From positions 4,333 through 68,332 of the forward strand of contig CANRFZ010000015.1 in NCBI GenBank assembly GCA_947630025.1: 64,000 nucleotides of DNA. The letters run 5' to 3'. The notes beneath the pieces are model-generated. The model saw nothing but the letters and a program-made list of their open reading frames with translations. It was not told the origin of the DNA and did not search any database. Numbering within the stretch: the stretch's first letter is position 1; each line of letters begins with the position of its first letter. Below, piece after piece: positions 50,091 to 59,209 of the stretch. Made by a program: the position numbers and the translations under genes. The stretch is from an uncultured Lachnospiraceae bacterium (GTDB taxonomy: Bacteria; Bacillota; Clostridia; Lachnospirales; Lachnospiraceae).

Positions 50091-50496
50091 CTGCACTATA
50101 ACATTTCCTCCGCTTAATACTCAACCGACCGACAGTTTAGATGGCCCGATTGTTGGTTTAGTCGTAGTTTAGTGCATAGAACAGGAGTTTTAACAAGTGA
50201 TTAACGGCGTTCTGCTATCAGAGAGGAAGCCTCGCAGAACGCACGATACATGGTCGCCAGACCTATGTATAGAAGTGCGCCCTTTAGTTCCTAAAGGGTT
50301 TTGCAACTTCTCAACAAACGGGAAGTTGAAGATCATTATTAAAAAATGCGGACTAATATAACCATTTGATTTGTCCGACTTAAATCCCATAATACTGTCT
50401 CCCGCTAAATTACCGATTTGTCTGTTCCTTTATAAAATTCATGCTCTCATTATAATGAAGATGCAAAATCAGTATGGAATAATTTAGAAAAGGGAC

Positions 50497-52179
50497 TTAT
50501 TTTTCTGTCTTTTTCCTTTTTGTCTTCCGGCGTGGGCCCGCGGAGGGCTCATGCAGCAGCCGCAGCTTTTTGGCATAATGCGCCATCATCGCGCCCTTGG
50601 GGAAGGCCCGAAGCTCCTGCTCGTTCACGCCGCCGATCAGCAGAATCACGACGAAATACAGGACGGCGCCCACACCGATGGCGATCAGCAGGACAACCCG
50701 GCTCACCGGCAGCAGCAGATACAGGCCGTGGTACACACCAAAGGCCGCCGCGCCCATAATGCCCGCCGCCGTCAGGGGTTTTAAGAACGTCTTGACCACT
50801 TCCTGACGGTAACCCAGATGCCTGCGCACGGCCAACTGGTTCAGCACGCACATGACAAACGAGTAGATGATATTGGCGCACACCAGCGCATACAGGTTCA
50901 GATCGGTATACAAAAGGAGCGCCACAAGCCCGGCCAGCTGCACCACCAGCGCCGCCGCCGCATGGATGACCGGCGTATTGACCTTGCCGATGGCCTGCAG
51001 AACGGCGTTGGTCAGCGTGGACAGACCATAAAGAACAACTGTTATGGAAAGCGCCGCCATCAGGCCCGCCGCCTGCGCCAGCGTGTCCTGCTGCGGAAAG
51101 ATAAAGTGCATGATCGGCTCCGCCAGCAGAAGCATTCCCATAGCCGCCGGGATGGACACGGTCATCGTCATGCGGATCGCCTTGGCCACCAGCGCCCGGG
51201 CCGTCTCATACTCGCCCCGCACATAGGCCGCCGCCACGCCGGGGATCGCCGCCGAGGACATGGCGGAGGCGAGGGCGATCGGTATATTGATCATGGAAAC
51301 CGCCTGCGTCGCAAAGATGCCGTAATCAATAGCGATTGTTATTGCATCTACGTTTTTGTAAGCGCCCATCACATATTCATATACTTTCATATTGACGACA
51401 GTGGAACAGTTGTAGATAAATGTGCTCAGAATAAACGGCGTGACGACCGTCAGAATGATCTTGAAGATCTCCGGGTAGCTGTCCAGCCTGCCCGTCCTGT
51501 CATGCGCCGCCCGCCTGTTGATCATGCTGCGGTTGAGCAGATACATCCCGATCATGAACAGAAGCGCCGAAAGCACGCCCGCCCCGGTGCCGATGGCGCT
51601 GCCCGCGGAGCCGTACACCGCCTGCGTCGTCCCGCTCCTGTCGGACACTGCCCGCATCAGAAGGTACGCCGCCAGAATGCTGATGCCGGCGTTAAAGATC
51701 TGCTCCAAAATCTGCGACACCGAAGTGTGAAGCATGGAGCCGTAAGCCTGAAAATACCCTCTCAGCACGCCTAAGAATCCCGACAGAAAGATCGTCGGCG
51801 CCAGCACCCGGAGCGTCACCACGGAATTGTGCGATACGAGAAGGGGCGCACAGAAAAACGTAAAGAGCGAGGCGATGCCGCCCACCACCAGCACATAGAT
51901 CAACGCGCACCGGAACACGCGCTGCGCGTTGCGGTACTCCCGGAACGCCAGCTTCTGTGCGATTACCTTAGATATGGCGGAGGGGATGCTGTAGGAGGAG
52001 ACGAGCAGAATGATCGTATAGACATTCATGGCGATACTGTAGTAGCCGTTGCCTTCCGCGCCCAGAATGCTGCGCAGAGGGCTGCGGTAGATCAGGCTGA
52101 TCACCTTGACGATCAGCCCCGCCGCCGCCAAGATTCCCGCTTGGAGCACAAAACTGTTATTCTTCTTTTGTTCGTTCAT
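50497..52179 (-). CDS. MurJ/SpoVB-like polysaccharide biosynthesis flippase
   Basis: SLIYRSPLRSILGAEGNGYY, LRGYFQ, SQILEQIF; about 14 TM helices. Confidence 0.85.
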   Translation of the reverse strand: MNEQKKNNSFVLQAGILAAAGLIVKVISLIYRSPLRSILGAEGNGYYSIAMNVYTIILLVSSYSIPSAISKVIAQKLAFREYRNAQRVFRCALIYVLVVGGIASLFTFFCAPLLVSHNSVVTLRVLAPTIFLSGFLGVLRGYFQAYGSMLHTSVSQILEQIFNAGISILAAYLLMRAVSDRSGTTQAVYGSAGSAIGTGAGVLSALLFMIGMYLLNRSMINRRAAHDRTGRLDSYPEIFKIILTVVTPFILSTFIYNCSTVVNMKVYEYVMGAYKNVDAITIAIDYGIFATQAVSMINIPIALASAMSSAAIPGVAAAYVRGEYETARALVAKAIRMTMTVSIPAAMGMLLLAEPIMHFIFPQQDTLAQAAGLMAALSITVVLYGLSTLTNAVLQAIGKVNTPVIHAAAALVVQLAGLVALLLYTDLNLYALVCANIIYSFVMCVLNQLAVRRHLGYRQEVVKTFLKPLTAAGIMGAAAFGVYHGLYLLLPVSRVVLLIAIGVGAVLYFVVILLIGGVNEQELRAFPKGAMMAHYAKKLRLLHEPSAGPRRKTKRKKTEK

Positions 52180-52258
52180 GCGCTTCCTCCGGGAACCACA
52201 AGAGCAAGCCTTAGAGACTTGCTCTGTTCTGCAGAATATGATCTTGCGCCGACGGCCC

Positions 52259-53704
52259 TCAGCCGATCAGCCAGTCGTACATTTCCTGATATTTGCTGGC
52301 GGATACGTGCCATGAGAAATCCACCGCCATGGCTCTGTCCACCATCTTGTTCCACTCCCGCTTCCTGTCATAATAGATATGCTCCGCGTAGCGGATCGTG
52401 CCCAGCATCTCGTGGGCGTTGTAGTTGACGAAGCTGAAGCCCGTACCCGTGCCCTCGTACTCGTTGTAGGGCTGCACCGTATCTTTCAGGCCGCCCGTCT
52501 CGCGCACGATCGGGATCGTGCCGTAGCGCAGCGACATCAGCTGGCTCAACCCGCAGGGTTCAAACAACGACGGCATCAGAAACGCATCGCTGGCTCCGTA
52601 GATCTTATGGGAAAGAGCGTCGGAATAGTAGATATTGGCGGACACTTTCCCGTGGTATTTCCAGTCAAAATGGCGGAACATATTTTCATACTGCTCCTCG
52701 CCCGTACCCAGCACGACGATCTGGACATTGTCCTGACAGAGTTCATCCATCACATAGGCGATCAGATCGAAGCCCTTCTGCCCCGTCAGGCGGGACACGA
52801 TACCGATCATCATCGTCTTGTCATCCTGATTCAATCCCAGCTCTGCCTGCAGCGCCCGCTTGTTCTTGATCTTTTCCTTGCGGAAATTCACCGCGTTGTA
52901 GCAGTTCTCCAGATATTTGTCGGTCTCCGGGTTAAATTCGTCGTAGTCGATGCCGTTGACGATGCCGCGCAGATCTCTCGTCCTCGCGCACAGGAGCCCG
53001 TTGAGCCCTTCGCCGTAGAACGGCGTCTTGATCTCCTCGGCATATGTATCGCTGACCGTGGTAATGGCGTCCGCATAGACCAGACCGCCCTTTAACAGAT
53101 TGGCGTCCTTGTACGCCTCCAGCTTATCCGATGTGAAGAAATAATCGGGAAGCCCCGTGATCTCTTTGACTTCCTTGACGCTCCACTTGCCTTGGAACTT
53201 CAGGTTGTGAATCGTCATGACCGTCTTGATGCCCCTGTAGAAATCGCCGCCTTGGAATCTCTCCTTCAGATAGACCGGAATCAGGCCTGTCTGCCAGTCA
53301 TGGCAGTGGATCAGATCCGGCTTAAAGTCGATCACCGGCAGGATGGACAACGCCGCCTTGCAGAAAAAGGCGTACTTCTCGATTTCAAAGAGGGCGTTGT
53401 CGCTATACGGCGCAAAACCGCCAAAGAACGACTCGTTATCGACAAAATAATACTTCACGCCGTCGACCTCGGCCTCCATCACGCCGACATACTCCTCTTT
53501 CCAGTGGAAATCCATGTAAAAATGAGTCTTATAGCTGAGCCTGTCTTTCATCTCCTGTTTCATGCAGGTATATTTCGGAAGAATCACCCTTACGTCAAAA
53601 TATCTCTTGTCGATACATTTCGGCAGGGAACCGACGACGTCGGCCAGTCCGCCGGTCTTGATGAAGGGAACGCCCTCCGACGCAACAAACAAAATATTCT
53701 TCAT
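52259..53704 (-). CDS. glgA: Glycogen synthase
   Basis: KTGGLADV, HCHDWQT, TIHNL, PSLFEPCGLSQL. Confidence 0.96.
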   Translation of the reverse strand: MKNILFVASEGVPFIKTGGLADVVGSLPKCIDKRYFDVRVILPKYTCMKQEMKDRLSYKTHFYMDFHWKEEYVGVMEAEVDGVKYYFVDNESFFGGFAPYSDNALFEIEKYAFFCKAALSILPVIDFKPDLIHCHDWQTGLIPVYLKERFQGGDFYRGIKTVMTIHNLKFQGKWSVKEVKEITGLPDYFFTSDKLEAYKDANLLKGGLVYADAITTVSDTYAEEIKTPFYGEGLNGLLCARTRDLRGIVNGIDYDEFNPETDKYLENCYNAVNFRKEKIKNKRALQAELGLNQDDKTMMIGIVSRLTGQKGFDLIAYVMDELCQDNVQIVVLGTGEEQYENMFRHFDWKYHGKVSANIYYSDALSHKIYGASDAFLMPSLFEPCGLSQLMSLRYGTIPIVRETGGLKDTVQPYNEYEGTGTGFSFVNYNAHEMLGTIRYAEHIYYDRKREWNKMVDRAMAVDFSWHVSASKYQEMYDWLIG

Positions 53705-53909
53705 GCCAATCCTCCGTACATACAGTCTTTCCAAAACTTTTTTAATATTTTATACCATATCTCTGATGCCAGCAACATAAATCATTCCAGAAGAATTGCG
53801 AAGCAATTTACTCATAAGCATGATTGCTGAATCTGCATCTATTATACCTTATTTTGATCGGCAATAAAAGAATTATTTTGTAAAACAGGTCGAAAACGGA
53901 AGCAAGCGC

Positions 53910-54428
53910 TCAGCCGCGGTACTGCAGCCTGATCCTGTCGGCGATCAGCGCGATAAATTCGGAGTTCGTGGGCTTGCCCTTGCCCGTGTTGATCGTATAG
54001 CCAAACAGCGCGTCCAGCGTCTCCATCCTGCCTCTGGACCACGCTACTTCGATGGCGTGCCTGATCGCGCGCTCCACGCGGCTGGGCGTCGTCTGGTATT
54101 TCTTGGCGATGGTGGGATACAGTACCTTGGTGATCGAGCCCAGCATCTCCACATCCCGCACGGACATCATGATCGCCTCCCGCAGATATTGATACCCCTT
54201 GATATGCGCGGGAACGCCGATCTCATGAATCATATCGGTGACGTCCTTTTCCAGATCGCCGGCCGCTCCTGCGCGGATAAGCGGGATCTCGTCCGCCCTG
54301 ACGTCTTCCCCGGACGCGGAAGGCACGGTGATCATAATCTGAAATTCCTTGTTCGCGCTGATCAGATTGTTTAAAATCCTGTTAAACTGCTCCTGATCCC
54401 TCGCTGTCGTTACTTTTAAAATTTCCAT
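53910..54428 (-). CDS. spo0A: Sporulation master regulator Spo0A lacking most of its receiver domain
   Basis: [57 protein letters not shown]; directly after spoIVB; only ~58 aa precede the C-terminal domain; GGAGG RBS. Confidence 0.9.
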   Translation of the reverse strand: MEILKVTTARDQEQFNRILNNLISANKEFQIMITVPSASGEDVRADEIPLIRAGAAGDLEKDVTDMIHEIGVPAHIKGYQYLREAIMMSVRDVEMLGSITKVLYPTIAKKYQTTPSRVERAIRHAIEVAWSRGRMETLDALFGYTINTGKGKPTNSEFIALIADRIRLQYRG

Positions 54429-54546
54429 AGCTTCCTCCATATTCCCTGATTACTCCGCGGCGTTTTCGCTGACCGCATTTGACATAATCTATTATAAACA
54501 ATGAAAGTATGCTATGGAATAGTAAGGCATCGCACTGATACGACGG

Positions 54547-55929
54547 TTAATGCGTCAGCATTTCTTCTATGAAAATACCATAGCCCTTGGTGGAATCCTG
54601 CACCAACACGTGCGTCACGGCTCCCGCCAGCCTGCCGTTCTGGATGATCGGACTGCCGCTCATCCCCTGAATGATGCCGCCGGTCAGCGTCAATAGCTTC
54701 TCGTCCGTCACCCGGATCACGATTCCGCGGTTGATGTCGCCGTGCTCCAGATTCACCTCCACGATCTCCACGTCATAGAACTCGGGTTCCCCCGTGACAG
54801 AGCTGATGATCTGCGCGGGCCCCAGCTCGATCTCCTGTTTCAGCGCGATGGGAACCGGCTCCTGACAGATCCCCGCCGGAGCGCCGTCCCTGCAGATACC
54901 GAATATCCCTTTCGCCGTATTCTCGGTGATCTCGCCCAGCACGTTGTCCGTGTCGTACTCGATATAGCCCGTCAGCTCGCCGGGCGAACCGTCGCTGCCG
55001 CGGGTGATTCCCACGATCTCCGTCCGGTAGAGCAGCCCTTCCTCCAGATCCATCAGCCCGGATGTGTCCACATCATTGATGCCGTGCCCCAGCGCGCCGA
55101 ACGTGTGATCCGTATCCTGATAAGTCATTGTGCCGATCCCCTGCGCGTTGTCCCGTATCCAGATGCCCAGCTTCCAGACGCCGCCCTGCCCGCATTCCGG
55201 CTTTACCATAACATCCGTTATTTCATTGTTCCGGCGGATTGTCAGCACCATATCCCTGCCGCCGGAATTTTCTATTTTTTCCACCAACTGCTTTTTGTTC
55301 TCTATGACCTCGCCGTCGGCCTGCACAATATAATCGCCCTTCTGCAGAATATATCTGGCGGGCGACGCCTTACCGCCCGCCTCCGTCTCAAACTCGCCGA
55401 TGCCTACCACCAGCACGCCGTCCGTCTTGACATAGATGCCGATGGGAATGCCCGACGGGATCAGCGTCTTATCGCGGATCACCTCCACATCCACGCTCTT
55501 GTACGGGAGGATGCCGAACAGTTTCAGATCCATCTGATAAGTATCCATTTCGCTGGCCCTGACTTTTACCTTATGTGTAAAATCCACGTGGATGCTCTGC
55601 ACGTCCCCGGAAGCGTCCTCCGCCGTCCGGGATGTTCCGCCCTGTCCCGCGTCCTGCGCCCCTTCCGTCTCCGGAACGTCGTCTCCCGCGGGCGACATGG
55701 CCGCCGTCTGCGCAGCAGCCTCGACGCGGTGTATCTCCCCCGACACCGGAACATGGAAATCCAGTTCCTCCTCCACGCCCGCCCGTATCCTGATGGCGGA
55801 GGGAATCCTGTCCCAATATGCGGCGTACACAAGCAGCGCCAGCGTGAACACTGCCGTGGCGAGCACCGTATACAAAAAAGCGCGGTAAGCCTGCTTCTGC
55901 TGCTTTGTCATCTCTACTTTTCCGTTCAA
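54547..55929 (-). CDS. spoIVB: SpoIVB peptidase (S55)
   Basis: PDZ region, GIWIRD, GALGHGI, GGIIQGMSGSPIIQNG, GAVTHV; start may be ATG at 55911. Confidence 0.93.
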   Translation of the reverse strand: MNGKVEMTKQQKQAYRAFLYTVLATAVFTLALLVYAAYWDRIPSAIRIRAGVEEELDFHVPVSGEIHRVEAAAQTAAMSPAGDDVPETEGAQDAGQGGTSRTAEDASGDVQSIHVDFTHKVKVRASEMDTYQMDLKLFGILPYKSVDVEVIRDKTLIPSGIPIGIYVKTDGVLVVGIGEFETEAGGKASPARYILQKGDYIVQADGEVIENKKQLVEKIENSGGRDMVLTIRRNNEITDVMVKPECGQGGVWKLGIWIRDNAQGIGTMTYQDTDHTFGALGHGINDVDTSGLMDLEEGLLYRTEIVGITRGSDGSPGELTGYIEYDTDNVLGEITENTAKGIFGICRDGAPAGICQEPVPIALKQEIELGPAQIISSVTGEPEFYDVEIVEVNLEHGDINRGIVIRVTDEKLLTLTGGIIQGMSGSPIIQNGRLAGAVTHVLVQDSTKGYGIFIEEMLTH

Positions 55930-55940
55930 ATCCTCACATC

Positions 55941-56062
55941 CTTACTTCTCTAAATCTTTATGAAAACCTTATTTTTCTAATCTTTATGGAAATCTTACTT
56001 CTCCAATCTTATTGAAACCTTATTTCTCTAACCTTTCCTTCTTTCAAGTCTTACTTCTTTTA
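55941..56062. repeat. Degenerate ~26-bp AT-rich tandem repeat upstream of spoIVB
   Basis: CTTACTTCTCTAAATCTTTATGAAAAC, CTTATTTTTCTAATCTTTATGGAAAT, CTTACTTCTCCAATCTTATTGAAAC, CTTATTTCTCTAACC... Confidence 0.6.
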
Positions 56063-56070
56063 TCCATACT

Positions 56071-56101
56071 AAAAAAAGGACACACGCAGTGTATGTCCTT
56101 T
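56071..56101 (-). terminator. Intrinsic terminator after recN
   Basis: AAAGGACA...TGTCCTTT stem with a T-run on the minus strand. Confidence 0.65.
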
Positions 56102-56130
56102 CTAGTATGTGATGAATTTTCGGTTTTCAT

Positions 56131-57813
56131 TTAGTATTGTTTTGTTTTTCTTGCCAAATCTTTCATTTCGACCGCATTATTCCGGACATTCTCCGTAATG
56201 CTGGCGCCGCCGAGCATCCGCGCCAGTTCTCCGATGCTGCCCTCCTCGTCCAGTCTGCGGATATCCGTGACGGTTCTCTCGTTCTCCACTCTTTTTTCAA
56301 TGCAGAAATGCGTGTCAGCCATGGCTGCGATCTGCGGCAGATGGGTGATGCAGATCAACTGATGCTCCCTGCCCAAGATTCCCATTTTTTCCGAAACTTT
56401 CCATGCAGTCCTGCCGCTGATGCCGGCGTCGATCTCGTCAAAGATTAACGTCTCGATCTCGTCCTTGTCCGCCAGAACGGTCTTTAAGGCCAGCATGATG
56501 CGGGATAGCTCGCCGCCACTGGCCACTTGGGACAGTTCCTTCATCTGCTCCCCGGCGTTGGTAGAGAGCAGGAACGTCACACGGTCGTAGCCGTTTGCAC
56601 CGATCTGCTCCCGCGAGGGCGTCACCTGTATCTGAAACTGCACGTCCTGAAAGTTCAGATCCGTCAGCGCCTCCCGCATCTGCCGCGCCAGCGTCTCCGC
56701 GCTCCCGGCCCGCATCTTAGACAGGCCGGCGCAGGCCGCCAGCACTTCTTCCTCCAGCGTATGCGCCCGCTGCTCCAGCTTGGCGCGGTAAGCGTCGTAA
56801 TCCCGGTATTTGTCCAGCAGCGCCTGCGCCCTGTCCCGATACGCCAGAATCGCCTCCACGGAACCGCCGTATTTGGATTTCAAATGATTGATCAGGTTCA
56901 GACGCTGCTCCGTCTCCTCAAAAAGCGCGCCGTCAAACTCCAGCTCCGAGAGGTAGTCCGCAGCCGCCCGGTTATAATCGTTCAGAAGCCCGTCGATATC
57001 CAGAAGCTGCTTCTCCAGCTCCAAGAGGGCGTCGTCGCAGGACGTGACGGTGCGTATCTCCTTCAGCGCGCGTCCGAGAGCGCCGCCCGCTCCTCCCTCG
57101 TCATAGCCGCAGAGGGCGTGCGCCGTGCCGAGCGCCTCCCGGATTCTCTGGCTACTTAGCAGCTTCCGGTAAGTCTGCTCCAGTTCCTCGTCTTCGCCCG
57201 GCGTCAGCCCGGCCCGGTTGATCTCGTCGCACTCAAATTCCGCCAGCGCGCTCTCCCGCCGTCTGGTCTCCTCGTCCGCCTCGCCGGTGCGCAGTTCTTC
57301 CATCGTCAGACGGTAGCGCTCGTACAACTTCGCCAAGGCGTCCTTGCGGGCTGCCAGCTCTCCGCCGGCATAAGCGTCCAGAATTTCCAACTGCCTGCCC
57401 GCCTGCAATAGCGACTGGTGCTCGTGCTGCCCGTGTATGTCGATCAGGATCTCCGCAAGCTGCCTGACCTGTCTGTTCGTCACCGACTCGCCGCACACTT
57501 TACACACGCTGCGCCCCGGCATGATCCGTCGCTGCAGAATGATCCGGCCATCCTCTACGGGCAGTTCCAGCCCACGCACCGCCTCCGCCTGTCCGGGCCG
57601 GTCCAGCGTAAAGACCAGCTCCACCAGCGCGTACTCGGCGCCGCTGCGGATCATGTCGCTGTCGGCTTTGGCGCCCAGCGCCAGACTGATGGAGCCGATG
57701 ATGATCGACTTGCCCGCGCCCGTCTCCCCGGTGAGGATGTTGAGCCCTCTGCCGAAGACCACTTCCGTCTCGTCGATCAGCGCCAGATTTTTCACATACA
57801 AACGTTCTAACAT
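56131..57813 (-). CDS. recN: DNA repair protein RecN
   Basis: TGETGAGKS, IHGQHEHQ, SGGELSR, FDEIDAG, ITHLPQIA. Confidence 0.97.
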   Translation of the reverse strand: MLERLYVKNLALIDETEVVFGRGLNILTGETGAGKSIIIGSISLALGAKADSDMIRSGAEYALVELVFTLDRPGQAEAVRGLELPVEDGRIILQRRIMPGRSVCKVCGESVTNRQVRQLAEILIDIHGQHEHQSLLQAGRQLEILDAYAGGELAARKDALAKLYERYRLTMEELRTGEADEETRRRESALAEFECDEINRAGLTPGEDEELEQTYRKLLSSQRIREALGTAHALCGYDEGGAGGALGRALKEIRTVTSCDDALLELEKQLLDIDGLLNDYNRAAADYLSELEFDGALFEETEQRLNLINHLKSKYGGSVEAILAYRDRAQALLDKYRDYDAYRAKLEQRAHTLEEEVLAACAGLSKMRAGSAETLARQMREALTDLNFQDVQFQIQVTPSREQIGANGYDRVTFLLSTNAGEQMKELSQVASGGELSRIMLALKTVLADKDEIETLIFDEIDAGISGRTAWKVSEKMGILGREHQLICITHLPQIAAMADTHFCIEKRVENERTVTDIRRLDEEGSIGELARMLGGASITENVRNNAVEMKDLARKTKQY

Positions 57814-57877
57814 TTCGTCACCTCATATGTATTCTCTCCGGGGCGTCTGATCATAGCGCCTCGCAAATACATAATCG

Positions 57878-58342
57878 TCAGTGTTCTGTCATTCTCTCGA
57901 TCCTGTTCATGACGGCTCTGGCCGCCGCCTCGCTCTGCGTCGCTATCATGATCGTGTTGTCTCCGGCGATGCAGCCCACGATTTCCTCGATCTGCAGGGC
58001 GTCTACCGCCGCTGCCACGGCCATGGCCATGCCGGAAACGGTCTTCATGACGAGCAGATTCTGCGCCGGCGCCATGGACAGATAGCCCTCTTTCAGCACG
58101 CGGACGTACTTGTCGCCCAGATGGGATTCCTCCCCGCTGTAGGGAATGTATTTCTGCCGGCCCTTTTCCACCGCGACCTTGGAAAGTTTCAGCTCCCGGA
58201 TATCCCTGCTCACCGTGGCCTGCGTCACCTGATATCCCGCTTCCCGCAGCTTGTCCGCCAGCTCCTCCTGCGTCTCCAGCTCATAGCGGCTGACCAGTTC
58301 GATGATCTTGTCATGCCTTTTTAGTTTGTTCTGATTTCCCAT
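57878..58342 (-). CDS. argR: Arginine repressor
   Basis: TQEEL, VTQATVSRDIREL, GCIAGDNT. Confidence 0.95.
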   Translation of the reverse strand: MGNQNKLKRHDKIIELVSRYELETQEELADKLREAGYQVTQATVSRDIRELKLSKVAVEKGRQKYIPYSGEESHLGDKYVRVLKEGYLSMAPAQNLLVMKTVSGMAMAVAAAVDALQIEEIVGCIAGDNTIMIATQSEAAARAVMNRIERMTEH

Positions 58343-58375
58343 AAAAACCGCCGTCCGTTTCTGTCTGATCTGTCG

Positions 58376-59209
58376 TCATTCACTCATTTTCTTGTGCAGA
58401 ACCGTCAGGAAACTCTCCGTATGCAGCTTGACGATTCCGGTCGTCTTGGACGCCCTGCGCACCACGACGCTGTCTCCCGTCGTGAGCATGATCCTGTGGC
58501 TTCCGTCGAAGCTCGCCTCCACCGTCTGCGGCCTGCCGTCCTGCCGCGGGGAGATCACGATGCGGATCTCGTCTTCCGGAGGCAGCACAATGCTTCTCGT
58601 ATGCAGCGTGTGGGGGCAGATCGGCGTCAGCAGCAGCAGGCTGGCCGCCGGCTCCACCACGGGCCCGCCCGCCGACATATTATAGCCTGTGGAACCGGTG
58701 GGCGTGGCCACGATGATGCCGTCCGCGCCGAATCCGTTCAAAAACTGGCCGTTCACATAGATATCAAAAGTCAGTAGCTGCAGCGAACCGCACCGGGATA
58801 TCACGATATCGTTCAGCGCATACCCCTCCTCCGTGGAGCCCTGCCGATGTACCTCGCCCGCCAGCATCATGCGTTCTTCCTGCGTATAGCTGCCCGCCAA
58901 CAGCTGATCCAGCGCCGGTTCGATGGCGGAGATCTCCACTTCCGCCAGATAGCCCAGCGTTCCCAGATTGACGCCGAGGAGGGGGATGTCCCGATCCATC
59001 ATGTTGCGCGCCGCCCGCAGCAGCGTTCCGTCGCCGCCCAGCACGAGGACGCACTCGGCGTCATGGAGATCCCTGCCGCGCAGATCGGCGCTATCCGTGA
59101 CGACTCTGACCGTCTCGCCGCCGTGCCGCTCCAGATAGGAAGTGATGCGCCCGGCATAGACTCCCTGCGGGTCCTTGATCTCATTGGCAATCAGACAAAA
59201 TTTTTTCAT
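58376..59209 (-). CDS. nadK: NAD kinase
   Basis: GGDGTLL, NLGTLGYL, ALND, ATPTGSTGY. Confidence 0.95.
   Translation of the reverse strand: MKKFCLIANEIKDPQGVYAGRITSYLERHGGETVRVVTDSADLRGRDLHDAECVLVLGGDGTLLRAARNMMDRDIPLLGVNLGTLGYLAEVEISAIEPALDQLLAGSYTQEERMMLAGEVHRQGSTEEGYALNDIVISRCGSLQLLTFDIYVNGQFLNGFGADGIIVATPTGSTGYNMSAGGPVVEPAASLLLLTPICPHTLHTRSIVLPPEDEIRIVISPRQDGRPQTVEASFDGSHRIMLTTGDSVVVRRASKTTGIVKLHTESFLTVLHKKMSE

Noticed and set aside
50190-50390. 66-aa ORF in the low-GC patch
   Set aside because: Crosses the hairpin cluster and has no recognisable features; at most a gene fragment.
54429-54546. Frameshifted remnant of the Spo0A receiver domain upstream of the gene
   Set aside because: Too short and contains promoter-like sequence; I saw no receiver motifs.
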